A stretch of 64,000 nucleotides of DNA from Anoxybacillus sp. (GCA_023512315.1 JAILZV010000001.1:816-64815); one strand, 5' to 3'. Counted from the stretch's first letter, positions 37,094 through 46,247 are shown. Numbers and translations are program-made. Notes: generated from the sequence alone by a model not told the origin.

Positions 37094-37196
37094 TATATAG
37101 ATTTGGGTCGAAAAACCGACATAAGCAATCAAATTGACTAATAGAATAATCAAAGCAGTCTGCATATGTCGAAAAAATCAACCTGTATTTATATAG
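37094..37196 (-). repeat. MITE-like element, copy R (103 bp), inverted relative to copy L
   Basis: Its reverse complement aligns with 27284-27391 (see copy L). Confidence 0.85.
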
Positions 37197-37231
37197 CTCA
37201 AATTCTAGTTTTTAAGTTTCATAAACTATTT

Positions 37232-38191
37232 TTAATGCGGAATGGCTAAATGATCCTTAATTTTATTAGAGATGTTTTTTCGTTCTTCATCAGTCACAAT
37301 ATAGTAATAAATGCCATCAATTTTAGTCCCTTTACCTTTTATTTCGAATGTTTCGATGTGCTCTCGTGCACTTTGATAATTTTTCTGAATAGTCTTTATG
37401 TTATCGAGTGTTAAATTGGTTTTAATATGATTACCTAATATTTCCAATAAATTAGTTAATTTTATTAAAGTGGCAGGGTGTGATCCTTGTGCAATGATAG
37501 CTTGGATTACTTGTCGCTGTCTTTCGTTTCGCCCTAGATCTCCTCTAGGATCTTGATACCTCATTCGTACATATCCGAGAGTTTGTGGACCATTTAAATG
37601 GAGTTCTCCTCTTTGGTATACAAATCCTTTTTTGTAATATCCTGTGTCAGCCCACTCGAGATGATTATACACGGTAATGCCGCCTAGTACATCAACTATT
37701 TTGCTCAATGCTTCCATATTTACTTGAATGTAGTAGTCTATAGGGATATCTAAAAAATGTTCAACAGTCCGTACTGTCATTTCCACACCGCCAAATGCAT
37801 AGGAGTGGTTAATTTTATCTTCAACACCTTTTCCAATGATTTCTGTACGTGTGTCACGTGGTATATTAAACATATACATAGACTTTTTATGTGGATTAAC
37901 AGTGACTACAATTAAAGAATCCGCACGACCTTTGTCGTTTTTACGTTCATCTACTCCTATCAGCAAGATGGAAAATGGCTGTCTTTCATCTAAGGCAATT
38001 TCGGTTTCCCTTTTATCACTTTTTTTGATAGGTGAATATGTTTTTTCAATAGCCTTAGTTGTTGAATGGTAGAGATAAAAAGCATATCCCCCAGCAGTTA
38101 GTACAATCAGTGTTAATAGACTGCTCAATGCAATGAGAACCTTTTTTCGTCGAGAGGATCGTTCCTTTAACTTTTTTTTCATTCTTCCCAT
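37232..38191 (-). CDS. LytR-CpsA-Psr (LCP) family glycopolymer-peptidoglycan ligase
   Basis: N-terminal TM anchor, then FSILLIGVDER..RADSLIVVTVNP..SIPRDT LCP core. ATG 38191 lies 8 nt after AAAGGAAG. Confidence 0.85.
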   Translation of the reverse strand: MGRMKKKLKERSSRRKKVLIALSSLLTLIVLTAGGYAFYLYHSTTKAIEKTYSPIKKSDKRETEIALDERQPFSILLIGVDERKNDKGRADSLIVVTVNPHKKSMYMFNIPRDTRTEIIGKGVEDKINHSYAFGGVEMTVRTVEHFLDIPIDYYIQVNMEALSKIVDVLGGITVYNHLEWADTGYYKKGFVYQRGELHLNGPQTLGYVRMRYQDPRGDLGRNERQRQVIQAIIAQGSHPATLIKLTNLLEILGNHIKTNLTLDNIKTIQKNYQSAREHIETFEIKGKGTKIDGIYYYIVTDEERKNISNKIKDHLAIPH

Positions 38192-38577
38192 ATACACATC
38201 TTCCTTTTTATTTATATTTTATAAACGATTAGATTTTACAACGAAAATAAAATTTTTACAAACTCCATTTTCAGTTTTAATAATAGGCATTTTTAAACAA
38301 AAAGAACGAACAAAGGAGCGTATCCGCCTCCTTTTTTGCCTATTTTTTTGATGAGCGTTTATTTTTTTTCTGTGAACATAAATGGTTCATGAACGGTTAT
38401 TTTCATGCTTGGTTGGCGAGAAAAACTTCCTCATGGGTGTTTTGTTTGGGTACATCCAAAGATTTTACAAATATCAGAAATAAAGCTTCCCCCAACGGTC
38501 TTGTGATAAATCTCTCGCATTTGTCTCTTTCAGTATCAACAGTTCCCACGTTTCTGGATGGAGTTTAAATAATTTCA

Positions 38578-39055
38578 CCACGGCTGTTGATTATCCGAAA
38601 TTAGGCATACCCCTCACGTATATTCGGGCATACTCAAATAAGACAGCTGCCATCTCGGATTTCCATTCGAGAGGAGGTTGCCCAGAGAAAAAACGACGGA
38701 CAAACGAAAGAAAAGAGAGGGGCGAGGTTGTCCGTTTTTTCGTGCGATGATATAGCCATCTCCATAACACATAAACGATTCATCACCTCGTACGGCACTT
38801 CTTTCGCTTTCTTAGAAACCGTCGAGTAATGAAACGTCGGCAATCCATACATCTTTGCCACATCGGCACCATGGCGGAAGCTTTTCCATTCGTGAAGTGC
38901 TGCCAACAGAAAAAAGTTAACCAACGTGCGCATCGTAAACGCCCGCGAAGTGTCGTGGTAGCCCACGGCTTCGATCATCGATGGAAGATCTTCATCAGGG
39001 GATGAACCGATTGCTTTGACGTAGTCAAAGATGGTATACTACTCTTATAGAGAAG
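38578..39055 (-). pseudogene. Internally deleted and 5'-truncated copy of the IS4-family element (inverted orientation)
   Basis: ~90% nucleotide identity (by eye) to the intact copy at 23080-23300 and 23975-24170. About 680 bp are missing between them. The residual ORF 38634-38978 switches from the transposase frame to another frame. The terminal repeat is present at 38578 and absent at the other end. Confidence 0.85.
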
Positions 39056-39154
39056 AAAAATTCAACGTCTTGAATCGGGCGCACAGGGCGCAAAGCACCA
39101 TCAAGGTGTTTGCCCATAAAAGTCTTGCGGAACAAGGGCGAGTTCTGCACGTAG

Positions 39155-39967
39155 GTGTATGAGAAACCCTTTTGTACGCAAGAACTCCACGACTTTAGTC
39201 GCTGGGAGATTCAGGGATTGTACTGGGAGGCATACGATAAAGGAAGCTACCGTGACTTCCTCATGGTTAGCTATCAAAACGACCACGTGGCAGCAATGTA
39301 TACAAACCAGCCGATCGTCCGAACGAAAACAGGACTTACGCTTGGTGCAGCCAAACAAGAAGTAGAAGCAAAATACGGCACTCCTCTTTCGTATATTGAA
39401 AAAGGGGATACACGCTATATGATTCAAGATACAGAATACGATATGTATTTGCTCGATGGCAATTATGTGACGTTTTTTTACGACAAATACAACAGTAACC
39501 GATTAACTGCTGTGCAAGTCGTCCGACGGGCGTTAGAAGAAGCAAAAGCAGGTTTTTATGGCACACCGAGCGCAGCGTTGCGCACCGCTTATGAATATCA
39601 AATTTTTGACTTAGTCAATGCGATTCGTTGGCGCAACCATTTATCGCTTCTCGCATGGGACGGAAAAATTGCCGGCACGGCGCGAACGCATAGCGAAGAT
39701 ATGGCACAAAACGGCTACTTTGACCATATCAACTTGCAAGGGCTTTCGCCGTTCGATCGCATGACGCGCGACGGCATTTCCTACCGCGTCGCTGGTGAAA
39801 ATATCGCTTACGGACAGTTTAATGCCATTTTTGTGCACGAAGCATGGCTCAATTCCCTCGGACATCGGCAAAACGTCCTCTATGCCGATTTCCAACGGCT
39901 AGGGGTAGGGGTGGCCTTTAGCAATTCTGGTCAGCCGTATTATACGCAAAATTTTTATACACCATAA
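39155..39967 (+). CDS. CAP-domain (SCP/PR1-like) protein with a CAP-associated N-terminal domain; apparently 5'-truncated
   Basis: HSEDMAQNGYFDH, GENIAYG and GHRQN CAP motifs. There is no signal peptide. The GTG start comes directly after an in-frame TAG and has no SD. It abuts the truncated IS. Confidence 0.7.
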   Translation: MYEKPFCTQELHDFSRWEIQGLYWEAYDKGSYRDFLMVSYQNDHVAAMYTNQPIVRTKTGLTLGAAKQEVEAKYGTPLSYIEKGDTRYMIQDTEYDMYLLDGNYVTFFYDKYNSNRLTAVQVVRRALEEAKAGFYGTPSAALRTAYEYQIFDLVNAIRWRNHLSLLAWDGKIAGTARTHSEDMAQNGYFDHINLQGLSPFDRMTRDGISYRVAGENIAYGQFNAIFVHEAWLNSLGHRQNVLYADFQRLGVGVAFSNSGQPYYTQNFYTP

Positions 39968-40156
39968 TTTTTAGAGGGACTAGCGGTCGAACGTTAGTCC
40001 CTTTTCATTTGTTCTAGAGGGCTATTAAAATGTGGAAAATAAAATATAATAGAAGAAAACCTTGTAAAAAACTATGGAAATTACAACCTTTTTTGTCGTA
40101 TAATAGACAATGTATGTCGAAAGAAGTCTATGAAACTAGTAAAGGGAGCGTTTGTC

Positions 40157-42598
40157 ATGTTTCGCAAATGGTTGGCTAGTCTTTTCTTTGCGGCTTTGTT
40201 TGTCGGGGCATTGTCGGTGTTGAATGTTCAAGCAGCAACGACCGTGTACTGGGAAGGAGAAAAGCTGGTAAAAGGACAGATTGGCAAAATCGAAATCCTT
40301 AAACCAATTAATCTATGGAAAAAAACGAACGGAAAATTGCAATTGGTGCGCGTGTTGAAACCAAAAGAGCATTATCGCGTCTATTCTTATGACGGGAAGC
40401 AATACGGGCTCGGCAGTAATCTTTATGTCACGAACATGAAAGGATACGTCCTATATAAAACGCCGCCACAAGAAAAGCTAAAACTCGTCAATCCAGAATG
40501 GTACAGTACAAAAAAACTGTCGCTTGGACATGTAATGAACGAATCGTCCGTTGTCATTGTACCAGGAGTGGAAAAATCAGAATTAGAGATTAATAGTGCC
40601 CGCGGCAAGCAACACGTCTATAAATTCGAGATTGAAACTGGCACGACTAACATTGGTGTGGAAACAGCACTATCGAACGAACAGGTGCTTGGCATTGAGC
40701 CAGTTCTTCAACAAGCGATCCGTGCTGATGTTGACGAGCATTTTGTGCTCGGGGCGGTTAATGGCGATTATTTTAAAGACAATGGCTCGCCGACGGATTT
40801 AATGGTGCATCACGGGGAAATTATCACCACGAACACTACTCCGATCAACGAACGGGTCATTTTTGGGATGGATGCCGACGGAAAACCGTTAATCGGAAAC
40901 CCGGATGTGACGATGGAAATGACGATTAACGGGACAAACAGCCATGTGATTCATTCGATCAACAAGCGGCGCGATGCGAATCATCTTGTCTTGTATACGC
41001 CATACTTCTCTACTTCGACGCAGACGAATGCGCTTGGGACAGAAGTCGTGCTAACGAACGTTCAAGGGAAATTGAACGGAAACGGTGTGGTCACGGGAAC
41101 GGTGAAAAAAGTCGTTGTCGGCGTCGGGAATGAACCGCTTGCTTCGGGCGAACTCGTGCTATCCGGCCACGGAGAAGCAAGCACTTATTTACAGCAAGCA
41201 AAAGTCGGCGATACGGTGCAAATCTCGCTCCAGTATGACCAACCGGCATGGAACGGTGTCCAAGAAGCGATTGGCGGGCGGTATTATCTCGTGAAACACG
41301 GTGCCGTTCAGTCGTTCGCCATTGCAGGGGTGCATCCGCGTACGGCGATTGGCATTGACCAAAACGGCAACGTTTTTACTATCGTCGTCGATGGACGCAA
41401 CCCAGACTATAGCAACGGTGTGACGTTAGATGAATTGGCGAAACTGATGAAAGATTTCGGTGCGGTGGAGGCGATGACACTAGATGGAGGCGGCTCGTCA
41501 ACGTTTGTTGTCCGGCAAAAAGACGGAACGCTTGTTGTCGCGAACAAACCGTCCGACGGCTTTGCCCGACCGGTAGCGAACGCGTTGCTTGTTGTGTACA
41601 AAGGGAAAGCAACAGAAGTGAAACAGCTCGTCATCACTCCGCAAGACATCACCGTGTGGGCAGGAGGGACGTATTCGCTCGGGTTATCTGCGAAAGGAAT
41701 GACGATACTAGGAACAACCGTTCCGCTCCAGCAGCCGATCACGTGGACATCTAATGCAGGATCGTTTTTGAAAGACGGTTCTTTCGTCGCTGCGAAACGA
41801 CCGATAGACGGAACGATTACTGCTTCTTCTGGCAACGTCTCTGGAACGGCGAACGTGCATGTCGTTACGGATGTCGATCAGCTTGCCGTACAACCAAAAG
41901 AAATTTATGTGCGAGAAAACAGCGAGCAACCGTTGACGGTTGAAGCGTTTTACAAAGGAAAAAAAATCATCGTGAACGAAAATTCTTTTTCGTACACGGT
42001 ATCTAACGGACTAGGAACAATGGAAAATGGCGTATTCCGAGCTGGCAATAAAAAAGGAACGGGGACGTTGACGGTTCGGCTTGGCTCGAAAACAGCGACA
42101 ATTCCGATTACCGTGGGCATTCCAGAAACGGTGCTTCTCGATGACTTTGAAAAAAATAGTTTATCATGGCTAACATTAGGTGCGAACTATACGTTCGCCA
42201 ATGCATTATTAACAAAGGAAGTTGTGAAAAACGGCAAACAGGCGTTGCAAATCGATTACGATTTCAGTGGAAAAACTGGAGTATCCGGCGTATACGTCGT
42301 TGCGCAAACGGCCATTAAGCTAAAAGGGCATCCGACGAAAATCGGCATGTGGGTATATGGGGATGCGAACGGCCATTGGCTGCGAGCCCAAGTGAAGGAT
42401 AATAGCGGCAAACGGTATTGGCTTGATTTTGCCAAAAGCGTCGACTGGACAGGATGGAAATATGTCACGGCCGCTATTCCAGCAAATGTCGAGTGGCCGG
42501 TGGCGTTAGAAATGCCTATTCGCTATATGGAAGTGAACGAAACAAACAAAAACGAGGGCACGATATATATTGACGACATTCAAGTGATTTACAACTAG
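40157..42598 (+). CDS. Secreted phosphodiester glycosidase (NAGPA/DUF2233) family protein with Big_2-like and C-terminal beta-sandwich domains
   Basis: Signal peptide. AVNGDYF and TAIGIDQNGN..VVDGR..TLDGGGSSTF core. ATG 40157 lies 8 nt after AAGGGAG. Confidence 0.8.
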   Translation: MFRKWLASLFFAALFVGALSVLNVQAATTVYWEGEKLVKGQIGKIEILKPINLWKKTNGKLQLVRVLKPKEHYRVYSYDGKQYGLGSNLYVTNMKGYVLYKTPPQEKLKLVNPEWYSTKKLSLGHVMNESSVVIVPGVEKSELEINSARGKQHVYKFEIETGTTNIGVETALSNEQVLGIEPVLQQAIRADVDEHFVLGAVNGDYFKDNGSPTDLMVHHGEIITTNTTPINERVIFGMDADGKPLIGNPDVTMEMTINGTNSHVIHSINKRRDANHLVLYTPYFSTSTQTNALGTEVVLTNVQGKLNGNGVVTGTVKKVVVGVGNEPLASGELVLSGHGEASTYLQQAKVGDTVQISLQYDQPAWNGVQEAIGGRYYLVKHGAVQSFAIAGVHPRTAIGIDQNGNVFTIVVDGRNPDYSNGVTLDELAKLMKDFGAVEAMTLDGGGSSTFVVRQKDGTLVVANKPSDGFARPVANALLVVYKGKATEVKQLVITPQDITVWAGGTYSLGLSAKGMTILGTTVPLQQPITWTSNAGSFLKDGSFVAAKRPIDGTITASSGNVSGTANVHVVTDVDQLAVQPKEIYVRENSEQPLTVEAFYKGKKIIVNENSFSYTVSNGLGTMENGVFRAGNKKGTGTLTVRLGSKTATIPITVGIPETVLLDDFEKNSLSWLTLGANYTFANALLTKEVVKNGKQALQIDYDFSGKTGVSGVYVVAQTAIKLKGHPTKIGMWVYGDANGHWLRAQVKDNSGKRYWLDFAKSVDWTGWKYVTAAIPANVEWPVALEMPIRYMEVNETNKNEGTIYIDDIQVIYN

Positions 42599-42753
42599 GG
42601 GCTTACTTTTATATGCCCCTTTTTTCTTTCTTGAACAGGTGAGATGACTTCAATTTCCATCGAAAAACGTTTGCATTTCACATAAAAGTATGTATATCAT
42701 AAGACAGAATCGCTTTAAAAATTGTAGGAAAGCGGAGGGGGTTATACTCGCTT

Positions 42754-43149
42754 ATGACAAATCAAGAAGTATGGAAGCAACTACAGGAAAACCCTCCTAA
42801 ATTAATCGGAGGCTATAAAAAACAAGGTTGGGCTGTTAAAATATTAGAAAAAATTGAAAATGAAGATGTGGAAACAGAAGGAGACGGCTTAGTGACTGCG
42901 AAAGCGGTGCTCGAAGCAAACGACGGAACGTATTATCCGGCGTTTCTCACATTGAACTTATCGAACAAAGGGCAAATTGTTGGGTTATATTTGATGGCGG
43001 AAAATAAAGAGCAATTTGATTTAATTCCGTTTGAGCTTGCCAAACCGTTTTTACATAAAGACGACAAAGAGCTACTTCCGTTCCGCTACCGCACGTTAGC
43101 GAAAATTGAAGGCGATGAACAACAAATAAACTGGCCAGATTTTACGTAA
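42754..43149 (+). CDS. Hypothetical cytoplasmic protein (131 aa)
   Basis: ORF with an upstream GGAGGGGG (12-nt spacing) and a following terminator. I recognise no family. Confidence 0.5.
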   Translation: MTNQEVWKQLQENPPKLIGGYKKQGWAVKILEKIENEDVETEGDGLVTAKAVLEANDGTYYPAFLTLNLSNKGQIVGLYLMAENKEQFDLIPFELAKPFLHKDDKELLPFRYRTLAKIEGDEQQINWPDFT

Positions 43150-43155
43150 CAACGA

Positions 43156-43186
43156 ACAAGGAGTGATTGTACTCCTTGTTTTTTCT
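43156..43186 (+). terminator. Rho-independent terminator
   Basis: ACAAGGAGT/ACTCCTTGT stem followed by T6. Confidence 0.75.
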
Positions 43187-43290
43187 TTTTCTTCCGAAAA
43201 ATTTTAAAAATGAAAGAGAATAGTTGTTTTCATTTGGTAGATATTTTATTAAAATGAAGTATATATTTACAAGAATAGTAGGTGAATGTC

Positions 43291-44025
43291 ATGGACCAAC
43301 CGAACAGCCGGCTAGTGTTCGCTGCTTTGTTCTTGCTTGTTCTCTTAGCGGCAGCGTTTCCGGTTCATGCTGTTGAAGCAGCATCGTTATCTTCGGATAT
43401 CGGGAAACTAGAGCGCTATGCTGAACAGTTACAACAAACGATTCACTCTAAGCAGCTCTCTAAACCGTATGCCCTGTATAACAAGACAAAAAAGAGCTAT
43501 TACGACACAAAGCGACAAGTCGAGCAATTAAAGGAAGGAGCAATGAAACAGCGCTATCGTGAGCGGCTAAAAACAGTAGATCGCACGATTGTTCAAGCAT
43601 CGTACTATATTAGTGCGATGGAAAGTGGAGAGCGACTCTTATCGCTCCAATCGCGCATCGAGCAGTCGCTAGTAGCAGGAAAGGTAGAAACGGTGTATGA
43701 TACGTATGCCTCCTTCGACCAACAGTTGAAGAAGACGAAAATGCTCATGCAAAAAGTGAACGGGTCTTCTGTGCGCCAACAGATGACAAAGACGTTCGTT
43801 CGACCGGCGGAAGCGGCAAAACAACGAGTGTTTTATCCGATGAACATTATGTTGGCATTCGATGGAATTCTCACGGCTTACGAACAAGAGGATATCGCAA
43901 AAGCAGAGCGATTGCTTCTGCTTTGTGAACAATGGTTGCCGCATGTAAAAGAAGCGAAAGCAAAAGATGCGCTAAGTCGTTATTTAGAAGAATTTCAAGC
44001 ACCAGTGATTTTAGAAGTGCAATAA
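43291..44025 (+). CDS. Secreted helical hypothetical protein
   Basis: Signal peptide ending VHAVEA. ATG 43291 after AGGTGA. It lies directly upstream of the S41 peptidase. Confidence 0.6.
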   Translation: MDQPNSRLVFAALFLLVLLAAAFPVHAVEAASLSSDIGKLERYAEQLQQTIHSKQLSKPYALYNKTKKSYYDTKRQVEQLKEGAMKQRYRERLKTVDRTIVQASYYISAMESGERLLSLQSRIEQSLVAGKVETVYDTYASFDQQLKKTKMLMQKVNGSSVRQQMTKTFVRPAEAAKQRVFYPMNIMLAFDGILTAYEQEDIAKAERLLLLCEQWLPHVKEAKAKDALSRYLEEFQAPVILEVQ

Positions 44026-44052
44026 ACGACTGTACGAAAGAAGGGGACGGTA

Positions 44053-45450
44053 ATGCAGAAAATGATGAGAACGCTCGTTATTCCTTTTGTTTTTCTCTTA
44101 TCAATGACCACGTCTGTATTTAGTGCGTCAGCAACAACGACAAGTACGCTTGACGAAATTCGCCAATACATTCGTGATTATTATGTAGACACCGTTAATG
44201 AAGATCTATTAAACGGCTCTACACCGCAAGAAATCGTCCAACATTTAGACAAATACTCGACGTATATGACGGCGGAAGAATACCAACAATTCCTTGACTC
44301 CATCAACATGGATTTCGTCGGAATCGGTATTACGTTTGATATGGATACCGCAGGAGTGAAAGTGACGTCTGTACTAAAAGGAGGTCCCGCAGAGCGTTCG
44401 GGCTTGCGTACAGGGGATGTGATTACAGAAGTAGACGGTCAATCGTTAGCAGGAAAAACGAGCGAACAGGTGGTAGCGCTCATTACTGGACAAGAGGGAA
44501 CAACGGCTCATCTCAAGGTGCTTCGTCCAGCGACAAACGAAACGTTCACGCTTGATGTCACGCGCGAAAAAATTAACTGGCCAAACGTAGAGTTTTCTAG
44601 ATTAGCAGGGAATATTGGCTACATTCGCTTGTATAGTTTTGATAGCGGTTCAGTGGACGAGATCGCCCAAGCAATCCGCTCTCTTTCTGGGGTGAAAGGA
44701 TGGATTTTTGATGTGCGCAACAACCCAGGAGGATATGTGGATGCCGCCGAGCAAATTCTTGGCTTTTTCCCGAATGTAACGAAGGCGTTTCAGCTGCGTG
44801 ACCGTTCGAACGTCCCAGAAGTATATGACGCCATTGCTCAACCCGTCAAAATGAACGGTCCGATTGATATGCTTGTCAACTCCTCAAGCGCTAGCGCATC
44901 GGAAATGGTCGCGGCGGCTGTAAAGGATCAAAAGGCAGCAGTCGTATACGGACAACGGACGTTCGGAAAAGGCTCGATGCAGCAACTGTTTAATCTGTCA
45001 GATGGGGGCGTTTTGAAACTGACCGTGGCACACTTTTTCTCTCCAAACGGCACGGCGATCCACGAAGTCGGGGTGAAGCCGGATGTGTGGACGGCAGTGA
45101 ATAAAGAATTGTATGCAGCGCATCGCGATTTGCTTTTAAAACAGTATCGTGCGTACCAATCGCTAGGAAAGTTACGAAACGTACCGACGAATAAACAATT
45201 CACGATGAAATTTTCTCGTAAACTAGCAGTTAGTGATACAAGCAAGCTTGGCATTAAACTATATGAACTAGGCGGACAAGAAGTTCCTGTCACCGTACAA
45301 ATAAGTAAAGGAACGCAGCTTGTCATGAAGCAGAAAAGTTTGCTGAAAAAAGGGACATCTTATTTGCTAGTCATTCCACCAACGGTAAAAAGCAAAGACG
45401 GTGTTTTAATGAAAAAAGGAGCGTATGTCGAATTTAGTGTCGCGAAATAA
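44053..45450 (+). CDS. S41-family C-terminal processing peptidase with a PDZ domain and a C-terminal Ig-like extension
   Basis: PDZ segment GGPAERSGLRTGDVI. DVRNNPGGYV. Ser/Lys dyad context SASASEMVA..TFGKG. Confidence 0.85.
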   Translation: MQKMMRTLVIPFVFLLSMTTSVFSASATTTSTLDEIRQYIRDYYVDTVNEDLLNGSTPQEIVQHLDKYSTYMTAEEYQQFLDSINMDFVGIGITFDMDTAGVKVTSVLKGGPAERSGLRTGDVITEVDGQSLAGKTSEQVVALITGQEGTTAHLKVLRPATNETFTLDVTREKINWPNVEFSRLAGNIGYIRLYSFDSGSVDEIAQAIRSLSGVKGWIFDVRNNPGGYVDAAEQILGFFPNVTKAFQLRDRSNVPEVYDAIAQPVKMNGPIDMLVNSSSASASEMVAAAVKDQKAAVVYGQRTFGKGSMQQLFNLSDGGVLKLTVAHFFSPNGTAIHEVGVKPDVWTAVNKELYAAHRDLLLKQYRAYQSLGKLRNVPTNKQFTMKFSRKLAVSDTSKLGIKLYELGGQEVPVTVQISKGTQLVMKQKSLLKKGTSYLLVIPPTVKSKDGVLMKKGAYVEFSVAK

Positions 45451-45457
45451 ACGGTAT

Positions 45458-45490
45458 AGCCGGTTCTCTTATAGAGAGCCGGCTTTTTCT
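45458..45490 (+). terminator. Rho-independent terminator
   Basis: AGCCGGTTCTCT/AGAGAGCCGGCT stem followed by T5. Confidence 0.7.
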
Positions 45491-45531
45491 ATGAAAAAAT
45501 TTGTAGAATTTTGCAACTTAATAGTAAACAT

Positions 45532-45548
45532 TGTAACAAAAATGTAAT
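45532..45548 (+). promoter_or_regulatory. WalR (YycF) box
   Basis: TGTAAC-AAAAA-TGTAAT matches TGTWAH-N5-TGTWAH exactly, ~140 nt upstream of the NlpC/P60 gene. Confidence 0.5.
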
Positions 45549-45686
45549 ATAACCATGCATTTTTAATAGGAATGAAACACAATAACCGAAAAAAATAAGG
45601 TAGAATTTTGGTTAGGTGGCATGAAACGACTGGATTTGCAATCGGTTTCAAAGGTGGAGAACGATTGCTTTAGTAGGGGGAGACAA

Positions 45687-46184
45687 ATGAAACAGCGGCT
45701 AGTGATGATCATCGTTTCACTTTTTGTATTTTTGAGCGGGCATTATACGTTTGCGGAAGAATTAGACATCGTTGCATTTAGCAAGCAATACGTCGGTGTT
45801 CCGTATAAATGGGGCGGCACGACGCCGAAAGGGTTTGATTGTTCTGGATTTGTCACGTATGTGTACCGAGAGTTTGGTGTTTCCCTTCCGAGAACAGCAG
45901 AAGAGCAATATCAGCGGGGAAAGAAAGTGTCAAAAGACGATTTGGCAGTCGGGGACTTAGTCTTTTTTGCCACGTATAAAAAAACGGCTTCACATGCGGG
46001 CATTTACATCGGGAACGATAAGTTTATCCATGCAAGCTCGAATAAAGGGGTAATTATTTCTGATTTAGATGAGTCATATTGGCGAAAAACATATTTAGGG
46101 GCGCGCCGTTACTTTGGTGGTGATGAGGAAGTGGCTGCGTTACCGAGCGATAGCCGTCTTGCCTCGCTTAGCGGCCGGCATTAA
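45687..46184 (+). CDS. NlpC/P60 (C40) peptidoglycan endopeptidase
   Basis: Signal peptide and GVPYKWGGTTPKGFDCSGFV catalytic Cys motif. ATG 45687 after GGGGGAG. Confidence 0.85.
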   Translation: MKQRLVMIIVSLFVFLSGHYTFAEELDIVAFSKQYVGVPYKWGGTTPKGFDCSGFVTYVYREFGVSLPRTAEEQYQRGKKVSKDDLAVGDLVFFATYKKTASHAGIYIGNDKFIHASSNKGVIISDLDESYWRKTYLGARRYFGGDEEVAALPSDSRLASLSGRH

Positions 46185-46190
46185 TACATA

Positions 46191-46247
46191 AAAAGATGCT
46201 GTTTGAAGCAAGGAATCTTCCCTGTTCGAAACAGCATCTTTTTTTTA
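46191..46247. terminator. Bidirectional terminator between convergent genes
   Basis: AAAAGATGCTGTTTGAA...TTCGAAACAGCATCTTTT with A- and T-runs on either side. Confidence 0.7.

Noticed and set aside
38400-38577. Reverse-strand reading frame abutting the decayed IS end (..KLFKLHPETWELLILKETNARDLSQDRWGKLYF*), considered as the 3' remnant of a gene cut by the IS
   Set aside because: It is only ~34 codons long with no recognisable family. It cannot be distinguished from a chance ORF without a database search.
45491-45686. Looked for a c-di-AMP (ydaO-type) riboswitch in the leader of the NlpC/P60 gene
   Set aside because: I could not find the conserved ACGGGG/CCGA-type cores or the pseudo-symmetric helices. 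The WalR box is the better-supported signal. An Rfam scan would settle it.
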